This document shows, in pieces, positions 52,148-62,082 of a DNA stretch of 64,000 bases; position 1 is the stretch's first letter; every line of letters begins with the position of its first letter. The notes below the pieces were generated by a model. The model saw only the letters and a list, made by a program, of their open reading frames with translations, was not told the DNA's origin and searched no databases. The position numbers were made by a program, and so were the translations under genes. The stretch comes from Phycisphaerae bacterium (lineage in GTDB: Bacteria; Planctomycetota; Phycisphaerae; Phycisphaerales; SM1A02): NCBI GenBank assembly GCA_002862305.1, contig PKCS01000054.1, forward strand, positions 7,848 through 71,847. The letters are read 5' to 3'.

Positions 52148-54625
52148 ATGTCACTTCGAAGCACGAGCGTGGCGTCCGCGCGGGAATGCGCAATTCACTT
52201 CCCGTCAAGAGGTTCCATCGAATCTCTGGTGGTTCTGTTCTGCATCCTCCTGGCGTCGCTGGCCGCCCCGTCCAGTCCCGCGACGGAGATTTCCCCGGGG
52301 ATTCCCGACTCCGGTACCCGGATCCAGGACATCGACGACGAGGCGCTCGCCGACCGCCCGATTGCACGGGTCACCATCGAGGGCCTCGAATCGACCAACG
52401 AGCAGCTGCTTCGAAACAACCTGAGGACCGCCGCCGGCCAGCCCTTCGACTCGACGGCCATCCGCGAGGACGTCGAGACGCTCTACCGGCTGGGCCGCTT
52501 CGACACCGTGGATGCCGAGGCGGAGCTCAACCCCGACGGCACGGTCAACGTCATCTACATCATGACCGAGCAGCCCCTGATCGCGGCCATACAGGTGGTG
52601 GGCAACCGCTCGGTGAGCGACCAGGAACTGCTGGGGGCGATCCCACTGTACGCGGGGGGTCCCCGGGACGACTTCCTCCTCGAACAGGGCATGGTCAGGA
52701 TCAAGGACATCTATCGGAACAAGGGCTACTACCTCGCGGAGGTCGAGGTGGACGAGAGCAGGCTCAAGGACAGCGGGATCCTGATCGTCAGGATCGTCGA
52801 GGGTCCGAGGGTCCGCATCAAGGAGATCGAGTTCGTCGGTAATCGTTCCTTCCCGGCCAAGGAACTCTCGGTCCAGATATCGACGAAGCCCTACATACCG
52901 CTGTTCCGCAAGGGACAGCTCGAACCCGAGAAGATCATCGATGACGTCGCGAGCCTCGACAAGTTCTACAAGGACAACGGATTCGTCGACGTCCGGGTCG
53001 ACGACCGGATCCTCCTCTCGCCGGACAACACCGAGGCCAAGCTCGTCTTCGTGATCTCCGAGGGAAGGCAGTACCGGCTTCGCGAGGTGCTGGTCGAGAC
53101 CACCGGGTCTGGTGGCCCGGAGCCGATCCTGTCGGACACCCAGATCCGCGACCTGATGGCGATCCGGGCGGGCGACAGCTACACGGCGCCGCTGATCGAA
53201 CGTTCCGTCGAACGGATCGAGGAGACCTACCAGCTCATGGGGTACGTCGACTCCGTGGTGTCCAGCCGCGAGGTCCGGGTCGGCGAGCAACCCGAGGTCG
53301 ACATGCTGATCGGGATCTCGGAGGGCGTTCCCGTGGAGGCGGGGCTTATCAAGGTCCAGGGAAACTTCATCACCAAGGACAAGGTGATTCGACGCCTGGT
53401 CAGGATCGAGCCGGGGAGACCCCTGGACGGCCGGGAAATCGAACTTTCCAGGCGGAGGGTCGAGTACTCGAACCTGTTCGGGGAGGTCCGGGTGACCGTG
53501 CAGGATCCGGAGGGGTTGAACACCAGGGATCGCGACGTGCTGGTGGAGGTGACGGAGAAGAACACCGGGTCGTTCAACTTCGGGGTGGGCCTGAGTTCGG
53601 ACGCCGGCGTCTTCGGTGACATCTCGCTGAACCAGAGGAACTTCGACGTGGCGGACTGGCCCCTCACCTGGCGGGAACTGGTCCGGGGCAGGGCCTTTCG
53701 CGGGGCGGGCCAGACGATGCAGATCAGTGCGGCGCCCGGCGACGAGGTCAGCACCTACTCATTCACCCTGGCCGAACCGCACCTGTTCAACACCGACATC
53801 TCCGCGTCGTTCACCGGGTACTACCGGAACCGCTTCTACAACCAGTACAAGGAGGAACGCCTCAGCGCGAGCGTTACCTTCGGGCGCCGGCTCGGCGACG
53901 TGTGGTCGATCTCGACGAGCCCGCGCTTCCAGAACGTGACCCTGACGAACTTCAGCGACCAGACTCCGATCGAGGTCTTCGATGATCGCGGCCCGGACAA
54001 CATCATGAACCTCACGACCACCCTGGTCAGGACGACGATCAACGACTTCTACAGGCCCTCGAACGGGTCGCGGCTCAGCTTGTCGATGAATCCGTCCTGG
54101 GTCACCACCACGGGCAACTTCTACGTGAATTCGGAGGTCGGCCTCACGACCTACATCACCCTCGACGAGGACTTCCTGGGGCGCAAGACGACCCTCAAGC
54201 TCAACGGCAGGGTCGGCTACATATTCGGGGGGACCGCTCCGGTCGAGGAGAAGTACTACCTTGGAGGCCTCTCGTTCAGGGGATTCCAGTTCCGCACCAT
54301 CAGCCCCAAGGCCCAGGGAACGATCGGCCAACCAGACGTGCCGTCCAACGACCCGGTGGGTGGCGACTTCCTCTTCTTCGCGGGCACCGAGTACCAGTTC
54401 CCGGTGGTCGGGGATGCCTTCGGGGCGGTGGCGTTCATCGACTCGGGCACCGTCAAGAACGACGTGGACTTCGAGGGGTACCGGGTCTCGGTTGGGGTCG
54501 GGATCAGGCTCTACATCCCCCAGCTCGGCCAGGCGCCACTGGCCTTCGACTTCGGATTCCCGATCCTGAAGGAGGCGGAGGACGAAAAGCAGCTGTTCAG
54601 CTTCTCCATGGCCCTCCCGTTCTAA
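52148..54625 (+). CDS. bamA: Outer membrane protein assembly factor BamA (Omp85; POTRA repeats plus beta-barrel)
   Basis: Signal peptide LVVLFCILLASLAAP. POTRA-like repeats (IARVTIEGLESTNEQLL, IAAIQVVGNRSVSDQEL, IKEIEFVGNRSFPAKEL, LREVLVE, IKVQGNFITKDKVI). C-terminal barrel with YYLGG, and the protein ends in ...FSFSMALPF. Start is ATG 52148 or TTG 52115. Confidence 0.92.
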   Translation: MSLRSTSVASARECAIHFPSRGSIESLVVLFCILLASLAAPSSPATEISPGIPDSGTRIQDIDDEALADRPIARVTIEGLESTNEQLLRNNLRTAAGQPFDSTAIREDVETLYRLGRFDTVDAEAELNPDGTVNVIYIMTEQPLIAAIQVVGNRSVSDQELLGAIPLYAGGPRDDFLLEQGMVRIKDIYRNKGYYLAEVEVDESRLKDSGILIVRIVEGPRVRIKEIEFVGNRSFPAKELSVQISTKPYIPLFRKGQLEPEKIIDDVASLDKFYKDNGFVDVRVDDRILLSPDNTEAKLVFVISEGRQYRLREVLVETTGSGGPEPILSDTQIRDLMAIRAGDSYTAPLIERSVERIEETYQLMGYVDSVVSSREVRVGEQPEVDMLIGISEGVPVEAGLIKVQGNFITKDKVIRRLVRIEPGRPLDGREIELSRRRVEYSNLFGEVRVTVQDPEGLNTRDRDVLVEVTEKNTGSFNFGVGLSSDAGVFGDISLNQRNFDVADWPLTWRELVRGRAFRGAGQTMQISAAPGDEVSTYSFTLAEPHLFNTDISASFTGYYRNRFYNQYKEERLSASVTFGRRLGDVWSISTSPRFQNVTLTNFSDQTPIEVFDDRGPDNIMNLTTTLVRTTINDFYRPSNGSRLSLSMNPSWVTTTGNFYVNSEVGLTTYITLDEDFLGRKTTLKLNGRVGYIFGGTAPVEEKYYLGGLSFRGFQFRTISPKAQGTIGQPDVPSNDPVGGDFLFFAGTEYQFPVVGDAFGAVAFIDSGTVKNDVDFEGYRVSVGVGIRLYIPQLGQAPLAFDFGFPILKEAEDEKQLFSFSMALPF

Positions 54626-54716
54626 TCGGTGGTTTCAACCAGCACCGGCACACCTCCGGGTGGCGAACCCGTACAATCCTCGGACACAGCCCCTCGGAAC
54701 CGGAGCAACGACCAAG

Positions 54717-55337
54717 ATGACCAAGCTCAGAAGAGAAATCGTCCTTCCCGCCGCGTTCCTCATCGCCGCCGTCGCGGTCCTGGTCGGCCATGAGGCCACG
54801 GCCAAGCGACCCGAGATGGCGCCTGCGAGCCACGTCGCGACGGTTGACCTGAGCAGGCTCTTCGATCGGATCGAGATCAACAGCTCGTGGGAGATACAGC
54901 TCAGCACGATGACCGACAGCCTCAACTCCGAGGCCACCGCGAGGCAGGATGCCCTGGCCAGGAAGATCGAGACCGCCGAAGCCACCGACGACGAGGAAGG
55001 CAAGCAGGCCCTGCTGGACGAGGCCGCCCTCATGAAGCTGGAACTCGACGAATGGGCCAAGCTGAAGCAGGTCGAGGTGGACCGGGAACGGGCCCTGATG
55101 TGGAAGTCGATGTACCGGGCGATCCGGGAACAGGCGACGGCGCTCGCGGTGGCGGACGGGTGGGACATCATCCTGGTCAACGACTCCCTGGGAGAGCTGC
55201 AGATGTCGGAGCAGGTGAGTGCCAGTCGCGAGCAGCAGGTTCTGACCCAGATCCTCAACCGAAGGATGCTCTACGCCTCCGAGACCACCGACATCACCGA
55301 ACAGCTGATCGTTCGGATCAACAACCTCAAGAACTAG
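54717..55337 (+). CDS. OmpH/Skp-like periplasmic chaperone (copy 1)
   Basis: Preferred start is ATG 54717 (MTKLRREIVLPAAFLIAAVAVLVG). VATVDLSRLFDRIE is followed by long coiled-coil arms. Position after bamA supports the call. Confidence 0.75.
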   Translation: MTKLRREIVLPAAFLIAAVAVLVGHEATAKRPEMAPASHVATVDLSRLFDRIEINSSWEIQLSTMTDSLNSEATARQDALARKIETAEATDDEEGKQALLDEAALMKLELDEWAKLKQVEVDRERALMWKSMYRAIREQATALAVADGWDIILVNDSLGELQMSEQVSASREQQVLTQILNRRMLYASETTDITEQLIVRINNLKN

Positions 55338-55404
55338 CCCTCGCGATCTGAAGCGAGAACAGGACGGACACCAGAACATCAACCCGCAACAGGTATCCAG
55401 CTCC

Positions 55405-55992
55405 ATGACCAGACTCAGCAACCTCAACTTGATAGCACTCCTCACCCTCGCCACCGGGTTCGTCTTCATGGCCGGCTACGCGGCCAGCAGCCAGCTCAAG
55501 CCCGCAGTCGTGGGGGTGGTCGACCTCGAAAGGGTCTTCAACAACCTCGACAGTCGCAAGGTGAGCGAGCAGAAGATCCTCGCCATGCGCGACAAGATGG
55601 TCGAGGAGGCGCAGGTGATGAAGGACGAGCTGGAGATGATCAGCGCGGAGCTTGAAAGCCTCGAGGCAGGCTCGGCGACGATGGTCGAGATGAACGACCA
55701 GGCCATCTCGATCAGCGGCAAGCTGCGGGCCTTCGAGACCTACGGGCAGCTGCTCATAGAACGCGAGCAGGCGACGGCACTCCGCAAGACCTACGAGACG
55801 ATCAAGGAGCAGGCTGGACAGCTGGCGACCCAGATGGACATCGACCTCGTCCTGCTGAACGATTCGATCCCCACGGTCGACCTCTCGGATGCCGCGGGGA
55901 CCCTCCAGCAGATCTCGGCGCGGAGGATCCTCTGGGCCAACCAGACCCTGGACATCACCGACCAGCTGCTCGAGAGGATGAACGGCAGCTGA
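55405..55992 (+). CDS. OmpH/Skp-like periplasmic chaperone (copy 2)
   Basis: Signal peptide, VGVVDLERVFNNLDSRKVSEQKI, coiled-coil arms and a C-terminal strand; a paralogue of the preceding gene. Confidence 0.75.
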   Translation: MTRLSNLNLIALLTLATGFVFMAGYAASSQLKPAVVGVVDLERVFNNLDSRKVSEQKILAMRDKMVEEAQVMKDELEMISAELESLEAGSATMVEMNDQAISISGKLRAFETYGQLLIEREQATALRKTYETIKEQAGQLATQMDIDLVLLNDSIPTVDLSDAAGTLQQISARRILWANQTLDITDQLLERMNGS

Positions 55993-56025
55993 ATCCCCGG
56001 GGACCGCGCCACGGATCCAACGACC

Positions 56026-57063
56026 ATGCCTTCATTCACGATCGCACAGCTCGCCGAGCACCTCGGCACCGTGGCCCAGGGTGACGGGGAACGAAGGATC
56101 ACCGGCCTGAACACCATCGATGCGGCCGGGCCGGAGGAACTGACCTTCGCGGGTGACGAGCGACATGCGCGCATGTGGCCGTCGTCCAGCGCGGGGGGCC
56201 TGGTGGTGAGCGCCGGCCTGTCCCGACCGGAGCGGCCCGGGGCGGACGACCTGATCGTGGTCGAGGACGCGGACCTGGCGATGATCAGCCTCCTGGAGCT
56301 CTTCGCACCGGAGGACCCGGCGCCCGTGGCCCGTCTCGACCCCACGGCATGCGTGGCGGACGACGCCGAGATCGGCGCGAACGTCTGGATCGGCGCCCAC
56401 TGTCGAGTCGGCCGGGGCTGCGTGATCGGCGATGGGACCAGGCTCCAGGGGGGGGTGGACGTCCAGGCCGGGGTGCGGATCGGATCGGACTGCGTGCTGG
56501 AATCGGGAGCCAGCATCTACCCGGGGTGCATCATCGGGAACGAGGTGGTGATCCACTCCAACGCGGTGATCGGGGCGGACGGATTCGGGTACCGACCCGC
56601 AGCCGATGGGACGCGACTCGTGAAGGTCCCCCACATCGGCAATGTCAGGATCGAGGACCGGGTCGAGATCGGGGCCGTCACCTGCATCGATCGCGGCAAG
56701 TTCGGTTCGACCGTCATCGGAACGGGGACCAAGATCGACAACCTCTGCCAGATCGGACACAACGTCGAGATCGGCCGGATGTGCGTCATCTGCGGGCAGG
56801 TCGGCATCGCCGGCACCACGAGGATCGGGGACGGCACCCGCATCGGGGGAGGGTCGGGGCTGAGCGACCACCTGGTGATCGGAAGCGGCGTGTCCATCGG
56901 TGCCCGGTCCGGTGTGATGAACGACATCCCCGATGGGGAGGTGTGGTACGGGGTCCCGGCGGGCGAACGCTCCCGGATCTTGCGGGAGCATGCGGCGATC
57001 CGTAGACTTCCAGAGTTGGCGAAGAAGCTGCGCAAGCTCCTGCCCGACCAGGCGAAGGGCTGA
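56026..57063 (+). CDS. lpxD: UDP-3-O-acylglucosamine N-acyltransferase
   Basis: N-terminus FTIAQLAEHLG...ITGLNTIDAAGPEELTFAG, extended left-handed beta-helix hexapeptide repeats (IGANVWIGAHCRVGRGCVIGDGTRLQGGVDV...), and a C-terminal helix. Confidence 0.93.
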   Translation: MPSFTIAQLAEHLGTVAQGDGERRITGLNTIDAAGPEELTFAGDERHARMWPSSSAGGLVVSAGLSRPERPGADDLIVVEDADLAMISLLELFAPEDPAPVARLDPTACVADDAEIGANVWIGAHCRVGRGCVIGDGTRLQGGVDVQAGVRIGSDCVLESGASIYPGCIIGNEVVIHSNAVIGADGFGYRPAADGTRLVKVPHIGNVRIEDRVEIGAVTCIDRGKFGSTVIGTGTKIDNLCQIGHNVEIGRMCVICGQVGIAGTTRIGDGTRIGGGSGLSDHLVIGSGVSIGARSGVMNDIPDGEVWYGVPAGERSRILREHAAIRRLPELAKKLRKLLPDQAKG

Positions 57064-57121
57064 TCGTCGGATCGCCCTGATGCGGACTCCCACGGGGCCG
57101 CCAGAGGATTCAGGACCCAGG

Positions 57122-58471
57122 ATGACCACCGATACGGACCGTACAGCTCCCGAGGACCTCCCCCGCCAGCACACGGTGGCGGATGCCGTTCAGGTGGAGG
57201 GCTTCGGGCTCATGCTCGGACAGCCTGCAACCGTGACCATCCAGCCCGCCCCGGAGGAGACCGGCATCGTCTTCGAACGGGTGGATCTCGATCCGCCGGT
57301 GCGGATACCCGCCATCGGGGATCGGGTCGTCGAGCGCGCCCAGCGGACCACCCTCAAGTCCGGGGATACCACGATAGAGACCGTCGAGCACTGCATGTCC
57401 GCACTGGCGGGACTGGCGATCGACAACGCGATCATCGAGCTCTCGGGACCGGAACTTCCCTGCGGGGACGGTTCGGCCCAGCTCTTCGTGGAGCCGATAC
57501 TCGCGGCGGGCATCAGGGAACAGACCGCGCCCCGCAGGATCTTCAAGCTCCGGGAACCGATCGTGATCGAGCAGGACGGGAAGATGATCGCCGCGGTGCC
57601 CTCCGAGGACCCGGGCACGAAGATCGTCTTCGACCTCGACTACGGGGAGAACTCGGATCGCATCCCGCGCCAGACCGTCAGCTTCAACCCGATCCACGGC
57701 TCCTACGCGCAGGAAATAGCACCCGCCCGGACCTACAGCCTCCGGGAGGAGGCGGAAGCGCTCTGGGAGCGCGGGATGTGCCGTCACCTGACCCCCAAGG
57801 AGGTGCTGGTGATCGGCGAGGACGGGCCCATCGAGAACAGCCTCCGCTTCAGCGACGAACCCGCCCGGCACAAGGTGCTGGATGCCCTCGGGGACCTCTA
57901 CCTGACCGGGCGACCGGTGCAGTGCCGGATTCTCGGCTACCGGTCGGGGCATGCCCTCAACCGACTCCTGGTCATGCGGATACGGGAACAGATGGCCCGG
58001 GAGGACCGACGAAACCTCCTGCTCGAGGGAAGCGCGATGGACGCGCGGGCGATCCAGAAGCTGATGCCCCATCGATTCCCGATGCTGCTGGTGGACCGCC
58101 TCCTCGAGCTCGACGGGGATCGCAAGGCGATCGGCGTGAAGAACGTCACCATCAACGAGCCCTTCTTCCAGGGTCACTACCCCGGGACCCCGATCATGCC
58201 CGGCGTGCTGATCGTCGAGGCCATGGCCCAGATGGGCGGCCTGCTGATGAGTCGGAAGCTCGAACACACCGGGAAGATCGCCGTCCTGCTCAGCCTTGAC
58301 CGAGTGAAGCTCCGCAAGCCGGTGGTCCCCGGGGACCAGCTGGTGCTCGAAGCCGAGTCGATTCGCGCCACCTCCCGGACCGGCAACGTGAAGTGTCATG
58401 CACTGGTCGGGGACAAGACCGTGGCGGAAGCCCAGATCAAGTTCATGATGGTCGACGCGGAGGCCGAATAA
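57122..58471 (+). CDS. lpxC/fabZ: Bifunctional UDP-3-O-acyl-GlcNAc deacetylase / 3-hydroxyacyl-ACP dehydratase (LpxC-FabZ fusion)
   Basis: Preferred start is ATG 57122. The LpxC part has TTIETVEHCMSALAGLAIDN and FSDEPARHKVLDALGDLYL. The FabZ part has LMPHRFPMLLVDRLLELD...KNVTINEPFFQGHYPGTPIMPGVLIVEAMAQ. Confidence 0.93.
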   Translation: MTTDTDRTAPEDLPRQHTVADAVQVEGFGLMLGQPATVTIQPAPEETGIVFERVDLDPPVRIPAIGDRVVERAQRTTLKSGDTTIETVEHCMSALAGLAIDNAIIELSGPELPCGDGSAQLFVEPILAAGIREQTAPRRIFKLREPIVIEQDGKMIAAVPSEDPGTKIVFDLDYGENSDRIPRQTVSFNPIHGSYAQEIAPARTYSLREEAEALWERGMCRHLTPKEVLVIGEDGPIENSLRFSDEPARHKVLDALGDLYLTGRPVQCRILGYRSGHALNRLLVMRIREQMAREDRRNLLLEGSAMDARAIQKLMPHRFPMLLVDRLLELDGDRKAIGVKNVTINEPFFQGHYPGTPIMPGVLIVEAMAQMGGLLMSRKLEHTGKIAVLLSLDRVKLRKPVVPGDQLVLEAESIRATSRTGNVKCHALVGDKTVAEAQIKFMMVDAEAE

Positions 58472-58623
58472 CCGCCCTGGCGTGCCCTCAAGGGGTATTT
58501 TCCCCTGGTTGAACGGGTTCGGGGGCTCGGAGGGTTGTCCAGTGTCCGCTCGGCGGTCAAGAACCGCCTGCAGGAGGTCGATACAGGATCAGGAAGACGG
58601 GCAGGCCCCGGCAGGAGTGAACG

Positions 58624-59250
58624 TTGCGAATCCTTCTCGACGGAACAGAGTGCGCCGGTGCGGCCGATTCGGTCGGAGCGGCCATGGAGCTTGGAATGGA
58701 CCAGGCACGCGACCGGGGACGCGTCGTGGTGCAGATCGACGTCGATGGACGTCCCATCGCGATGGAGCAGCTCCGGGACGAGGGGTTCCTCTCGGAAGGT
58801 GCGGAGCTTGTGGAGGTCACCAGCCTCACCGAGCGTGAGATGCTGCTCGCCGCGCTCGAGCTCGGACGAAACGCCATCGAGGTCTCGCAGGTTCATTTCA
58901 CGAGGTCGGCGGAACTCATCCAGGCGGGTGACCGGCCCGCGGCGCTGGCGGAACTGGGGACCGGGATCGAGCTCTGGCGGACGGTCGAGGGGACCGTCTT
59001 CCGGGATGCGGTGCCCAAGGTCCCGCTCGCCTCGCTGGAGGCGAGGCTGGAGACGCACCTCGCGGAACTCAGGACCGCGCTGGAGACGATGAGCACCGCG
59101 GTGGGCACGGGGGACCTCGTCGCGCTCAGTGATGCACTCATGTACGAGTTCCCCCGGACGTCCGCGACCTGGACCGAGTTCCTCGGGGAATGCATGCGTT
59201 CGGTCGAGGAGCAGGGAACCAGGACAGGCACCGAGGAGGAGCAGCCGTGA
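58624..59250 (+). CDS. Hypothetical protein (helical, acidic)
   Basis: TTG start; 208 aa with good GC3 bias; no recognisable domain. Its stop overlaps the next gene's GTG (GTGA). Confidence 0.5.
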   Translation: MRILLDGTECAGAADSVGAAMELGMDQARDRGRVVVQIDVDGRPIAMEQLRDEGFLSEGAELVEVTSLTEREMLLAALELGRNAIEVSQVHFTRSAELIQAGDRPAALAELGTGIELWRTVEGTVFRDAVPKVPLASLEARLETHLAELRTALETMSTAVGTGDLVALSDALMYEFPRTSATWTEFLGECMRSVEEQGTRTGTEEEQP

Positions 59251-59903
59251 GTGGAACGACGAAGAATGATTCACGCAGGTTCGAGGCGGCAAGGGATGCG
59301 CTGGACTCGGGCAAGTGGTTCAAGGCCGAACGCGAGACCGCGACCCTGCTCGGCGAGGCACGCAAGCGAGGTGACTTCGAGGCGATGGCCTCGGTGATCC
59401 CCACCCTGCGCGATGCCCGACAGGCTCGATTCGAGGAGGCCTTCAGGCTCGGCGAGGGGTCCGTCATGCTCCTCGAGGAGGAGCTCGAGGAGGACCCACG
59501 GATCGATCCCGGCTGCTGGCTCGTCCAGCCGCCGCTGGTCGGGGCCGATGCCAAGAAGCTGCGCTGGGCGGGCCTCGAGCAGGAGGTCCCGGTAGCGGTC
59601 CTGTGCCGAGAACCACTGACCATGCTCGGACTCCAGCCAGTGGTGTGCATCGACCAGACCACGATCCGGGTCAAGGTCGACCCCCCCACCGAGATCGAGC
59701 AGCCGGACATCGAATGGTTCAGGTACGCACTCGACGAGCTCGGCGAGCATGCCATCGAGACCGTGGACACCGGGATCGAACTGGAGAAGCAGGTGGACTC
59801 GCTGATGGACCGGGTGATGACGCTGCCCGAGCACGCTCGCCTGCACGACGCCCTGGAGGAGACCTGCCGGATGGCGGCGCACGCCCCGGGAGCCGGTCGC
59901 TAG
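59247..59903 (+). CDS. Hypothetical protein
   Basis: In-frame GTG 59247 overlaps the upstream stop; ~218 aa; no recognisable domain. Its TAG stop shares CTAG with the convergent phosphoesterase gene. Confidence 0.5.
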   Translation: MSGTTKNDSRRFEAARDALDSGKWFKAERETATLLGEARKRGDFEAMASVIPTLRDARQARFEEAFRLGEGSVMLLEEELEEDPRIDPGCWLVQPPLVGADAKKLRWAGLEQEVPVAVLCREPLTMLGLQPVVCIDQTTIRVKVDPPTEIEQPDIEWFRYALDELGEHAIETVDTGIELEKQVDSLMDRVMTLPEHARLHDALEETCRMAAHAPGAGR

Positions 59904-60517
59904 GGCGTCGCCTCGTGGCCGTGGTCCCGGGAGGGTTGGGCGCGGGCGCGAATCCGCTCGAAGCCGATCGGCCTGGCCAGCAGCATCCTGACGATCCCGT
60001 CCAGGGACTGGGGACGGCCACCCCAGGAATCGAGCCCGACGTCGGTGGACCGACCGGATTCCATGATCGTCCCGTGAACGTGTCCGTGGAGGTGGACGGC
60101 GCCGTTGTGGCGCCCCTGCCAGACCCGGATCGGGAAGTGGCAGAGCACGATCCTGACTGGATCGGGGTGCCCGGGGAGGCTCGTGTTCCCGAGACTCAGG
60201 AGATCGTGGACGCCCGAGAACAGCGCGTCGAATTCCTCGTCGACCGGATCGTGGTTGCCGCGGACCAGGACGATTCGCCGGCAGGCGATGCGCTCCCGCA
60301 TGGCACGGGCGAAGCGGACCCTCGATTCACCCAGGTCGCCGACGAAGTCCCCGAGATGCAGCAGGAGGTCGTCCGGTCCCACCACCGCGTTGATGGATTC
60401 GACGAGTGCGGTGTCCATCTCCTCGTGGGAGTCGTAGCAACGGCCGAAGCGCCGGCAGATCCCGGGTTCGCCGAAGTGGGTGTCGGAAGTCACGAACACC
60501 TTTCCGCTCAGGTCCAT
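59900..60517 (-). CDS. Calcineurin-like metallophosphoesterase
   Basis: Preferred start is ATG 60517 (MDLSGKVFVTSDTHFG). Motifs DTHFG, LGDFVGD, VRGNHD, LCHFP and GHVHG. Confidence 0.8.
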   Translation of the reverse strand: MDLSGKVFVTSDTHFGEPGICRRFGRCYDSHEEMDTALVESINAVVGPDDLLLHLGDFVGDLGESRVRFARAMRERIACRRIVLVRGNHDPVDEEFDALFSGVHDLLSLGNTSLPGHPDPVRIVLCHFPIRVWQGRHNGAVHLHGHVHGTIMESGRSTDVGLDSWGGRPQSLDGIVRMLLARPIGFERIRARAQPSRDHGHEATP

Positions 60518-61659
60518 CCCAGGCCCTCGTGCAGACGGTTGAAGTTCCGGCAGCCGTCCTCGGTGACGCAGACCATGTCCTCGACCCGGACCCCGCCGAT
60601 GGCCGCCGAATAGAGTCCCGGTTCGACGGTCAGGACGTCCCCGAGGACGAGTGATGGTCCCCTGAAGTCGAGGAGGGGCGGTTCGTGGACCTGCAGCCCC
60701 ACACCGTGCCCCGTCCCGTGGACCATGCCGCACCAGTCCGCGGGAGCGTCCCGCGGGGGGAGCCCGATGTGGAAACCTCGTGCCTGGATCACCTCGATGG
60801 TCGCCTGGTGCACCGATTCACCGGTGGCCCCGGGCCGGATCGCCGAGATGCCGGAGGCTTTCGCCTCCACCACCGCCGCATGCATCGCCAGAACCCGGTC
60901 GGGAACCGATCCGTTGACCACGGTCCGGGTGCAATCCCCGTGGTAGCGGGTCCGCTTGTTCCGGGGGAAGATGTCGATGATCACCGGCTGCTCCGTACGC
61001 AGGGCCCCCGTCCCGGAGTCGTGGCAGTCCGCACCCTGAGGCCCGCCGGCCACGATCGACACCGGGTTCGAGTAGCCCATCGCCAGCAGTCGGGCGTCGA
61101 CAAGCTGGCGGACCCGTTCCGAGGTGAGGGGTGCATGCTCGTGCTGGAGGATCCCGTCCGCATCGGGTGCCGCCCTGCCGATCAGCTCACAAGCCTCCTG
61201 CATGACCAGCTCCGTGTCGGACTGCGCCTTCTGAAGGGCCTCGAGCTCGTCCTCCGACTTCGCGCGACGATCGACCACCCCCAGGTCGGGGTCGTAGCGG
61301 ACGTCCAGGCCGATTTCGAGGAGCTGGTGCACGAATATGTAGGGCGTGGATCGATCGACCAGGACCCCGGGGGGATCCATGACCTCGAGGCACCGCGCCA
61401 CGGCCTGGGCGGTGGCGGTCTCGCGATCGCCGCTGAGTCCACCCGGTGGGGCGTGGTCCGCGGGTACCTCGACGAGGTCCGCGATCGCCTCCACACGGGC
61501 CCGATCGGCTTCGATGTCGCGGATGATCAGGATCGTGCGCCCGTCCGGTTGCATGATCCACGCGGCAGGATCACCCGCGGCGAACCTGATCCGGTGGAAG
61601 AGGGCGGTGTTCTCGCTGGGGACGCCGGCGATTAATCGGGCGGGATTGGCTCTCGTCAT
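60508..61659 (-). CDS. M24-family Xaa-Pro aminopeptidase/dipeptidase
   Basis: Pita-bread fold metal ligands: DIFPRNKRTRYHGDCTRT, HGTGHGVGLQVHEPP, LTVEPGLY and GGVRVEDMV. Confidence 0.88.
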   Translation of the reverse strand: MTRANPARLIAGVPSENTALFHRIRFAAGDPAAWIMQPDGRTILIIRDIEADRARVEAIADLVEVPADHAPPGGLSGDRETATAQAVARCLEVMDPPGVLVDRSTPYIFVHQLLEIGLDVRYDPDLGVVDRRAKSEDELEALQKAQSDTELVMQEACELIGRAAPDADGILQHEHAPLTSERVRQLVDARLLAMGYSNPVSIVAGGPQGADCHDSGTGALRTEQPVIIDIFPRNKRTRYHGDCTRTVVNGSVPDRVLAMHAAVVEAKASGISAIRPGATGESVHQATIEVIQARGFHIGLPPRDAPADWCGMVHGTGHGVGLQVHEPPLLDFRGPSLVLGDVLTVEPGLYSAAIGGVRVEDMVCVTEDGCRNFNRLHEGLGWT

Positions 61660-61710
61660 GGTGAACTCACGGTATCCTCTTCGGTGACTACTCGACGAAA
61701 GGATACACCC

Positions 61711-62055
61711 ATGAAGAAGAATCCACTGGTCCCGACCCTCGCCCTTGGCCTCTGCCTGCTGGCAGGGTGTGCGACGAACATATCCGGCACCTGGCAGGGT
61801 CGGGCCGACGTGGCCGAACGACCGTTCAGCTTCGGGGCGGTGACCTTCGCACCCGACGGGACCTACACCGCGGAAGCGAAATACGGGGACACCACCCGGG
61901 CGGTCACCGGGACCTACTCCGTGACCGGTGACAAGATCCTGCTCTTCGGAGAGCCGTTCGGGGAGCGGACCTACCAGCTGACCAAGGCGGATGGATCGCT
62001 GGTCTTCACCGACCCCACCAGCGGGAAGTCGATGACGCTGGATCGCTATCGCTGA
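61711..62055 (+). CDS. Small lipoprotein of unknown function
   Basis: AAGGA Shine-Dalgarno before ATG 61711. MKKNPLVPTLALGLCLLAGC lipobox followed by ~95 aa of beta-rich sequence. Confidence 0.65.
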   Translation: MKKNPLVPTLALGLCLLAGCATNISGTWQGRADVAERPFSFGAVTFAPDGTYTAEAKYGDTTRAVTGTYSVTGDKILLFGEPFGERTYQLTKADGSLVFTDPTSGKSMTLDRYR

Positions 62056-62082
62056 GCCGGGACCATGGCCCGGTCCGCAGGG

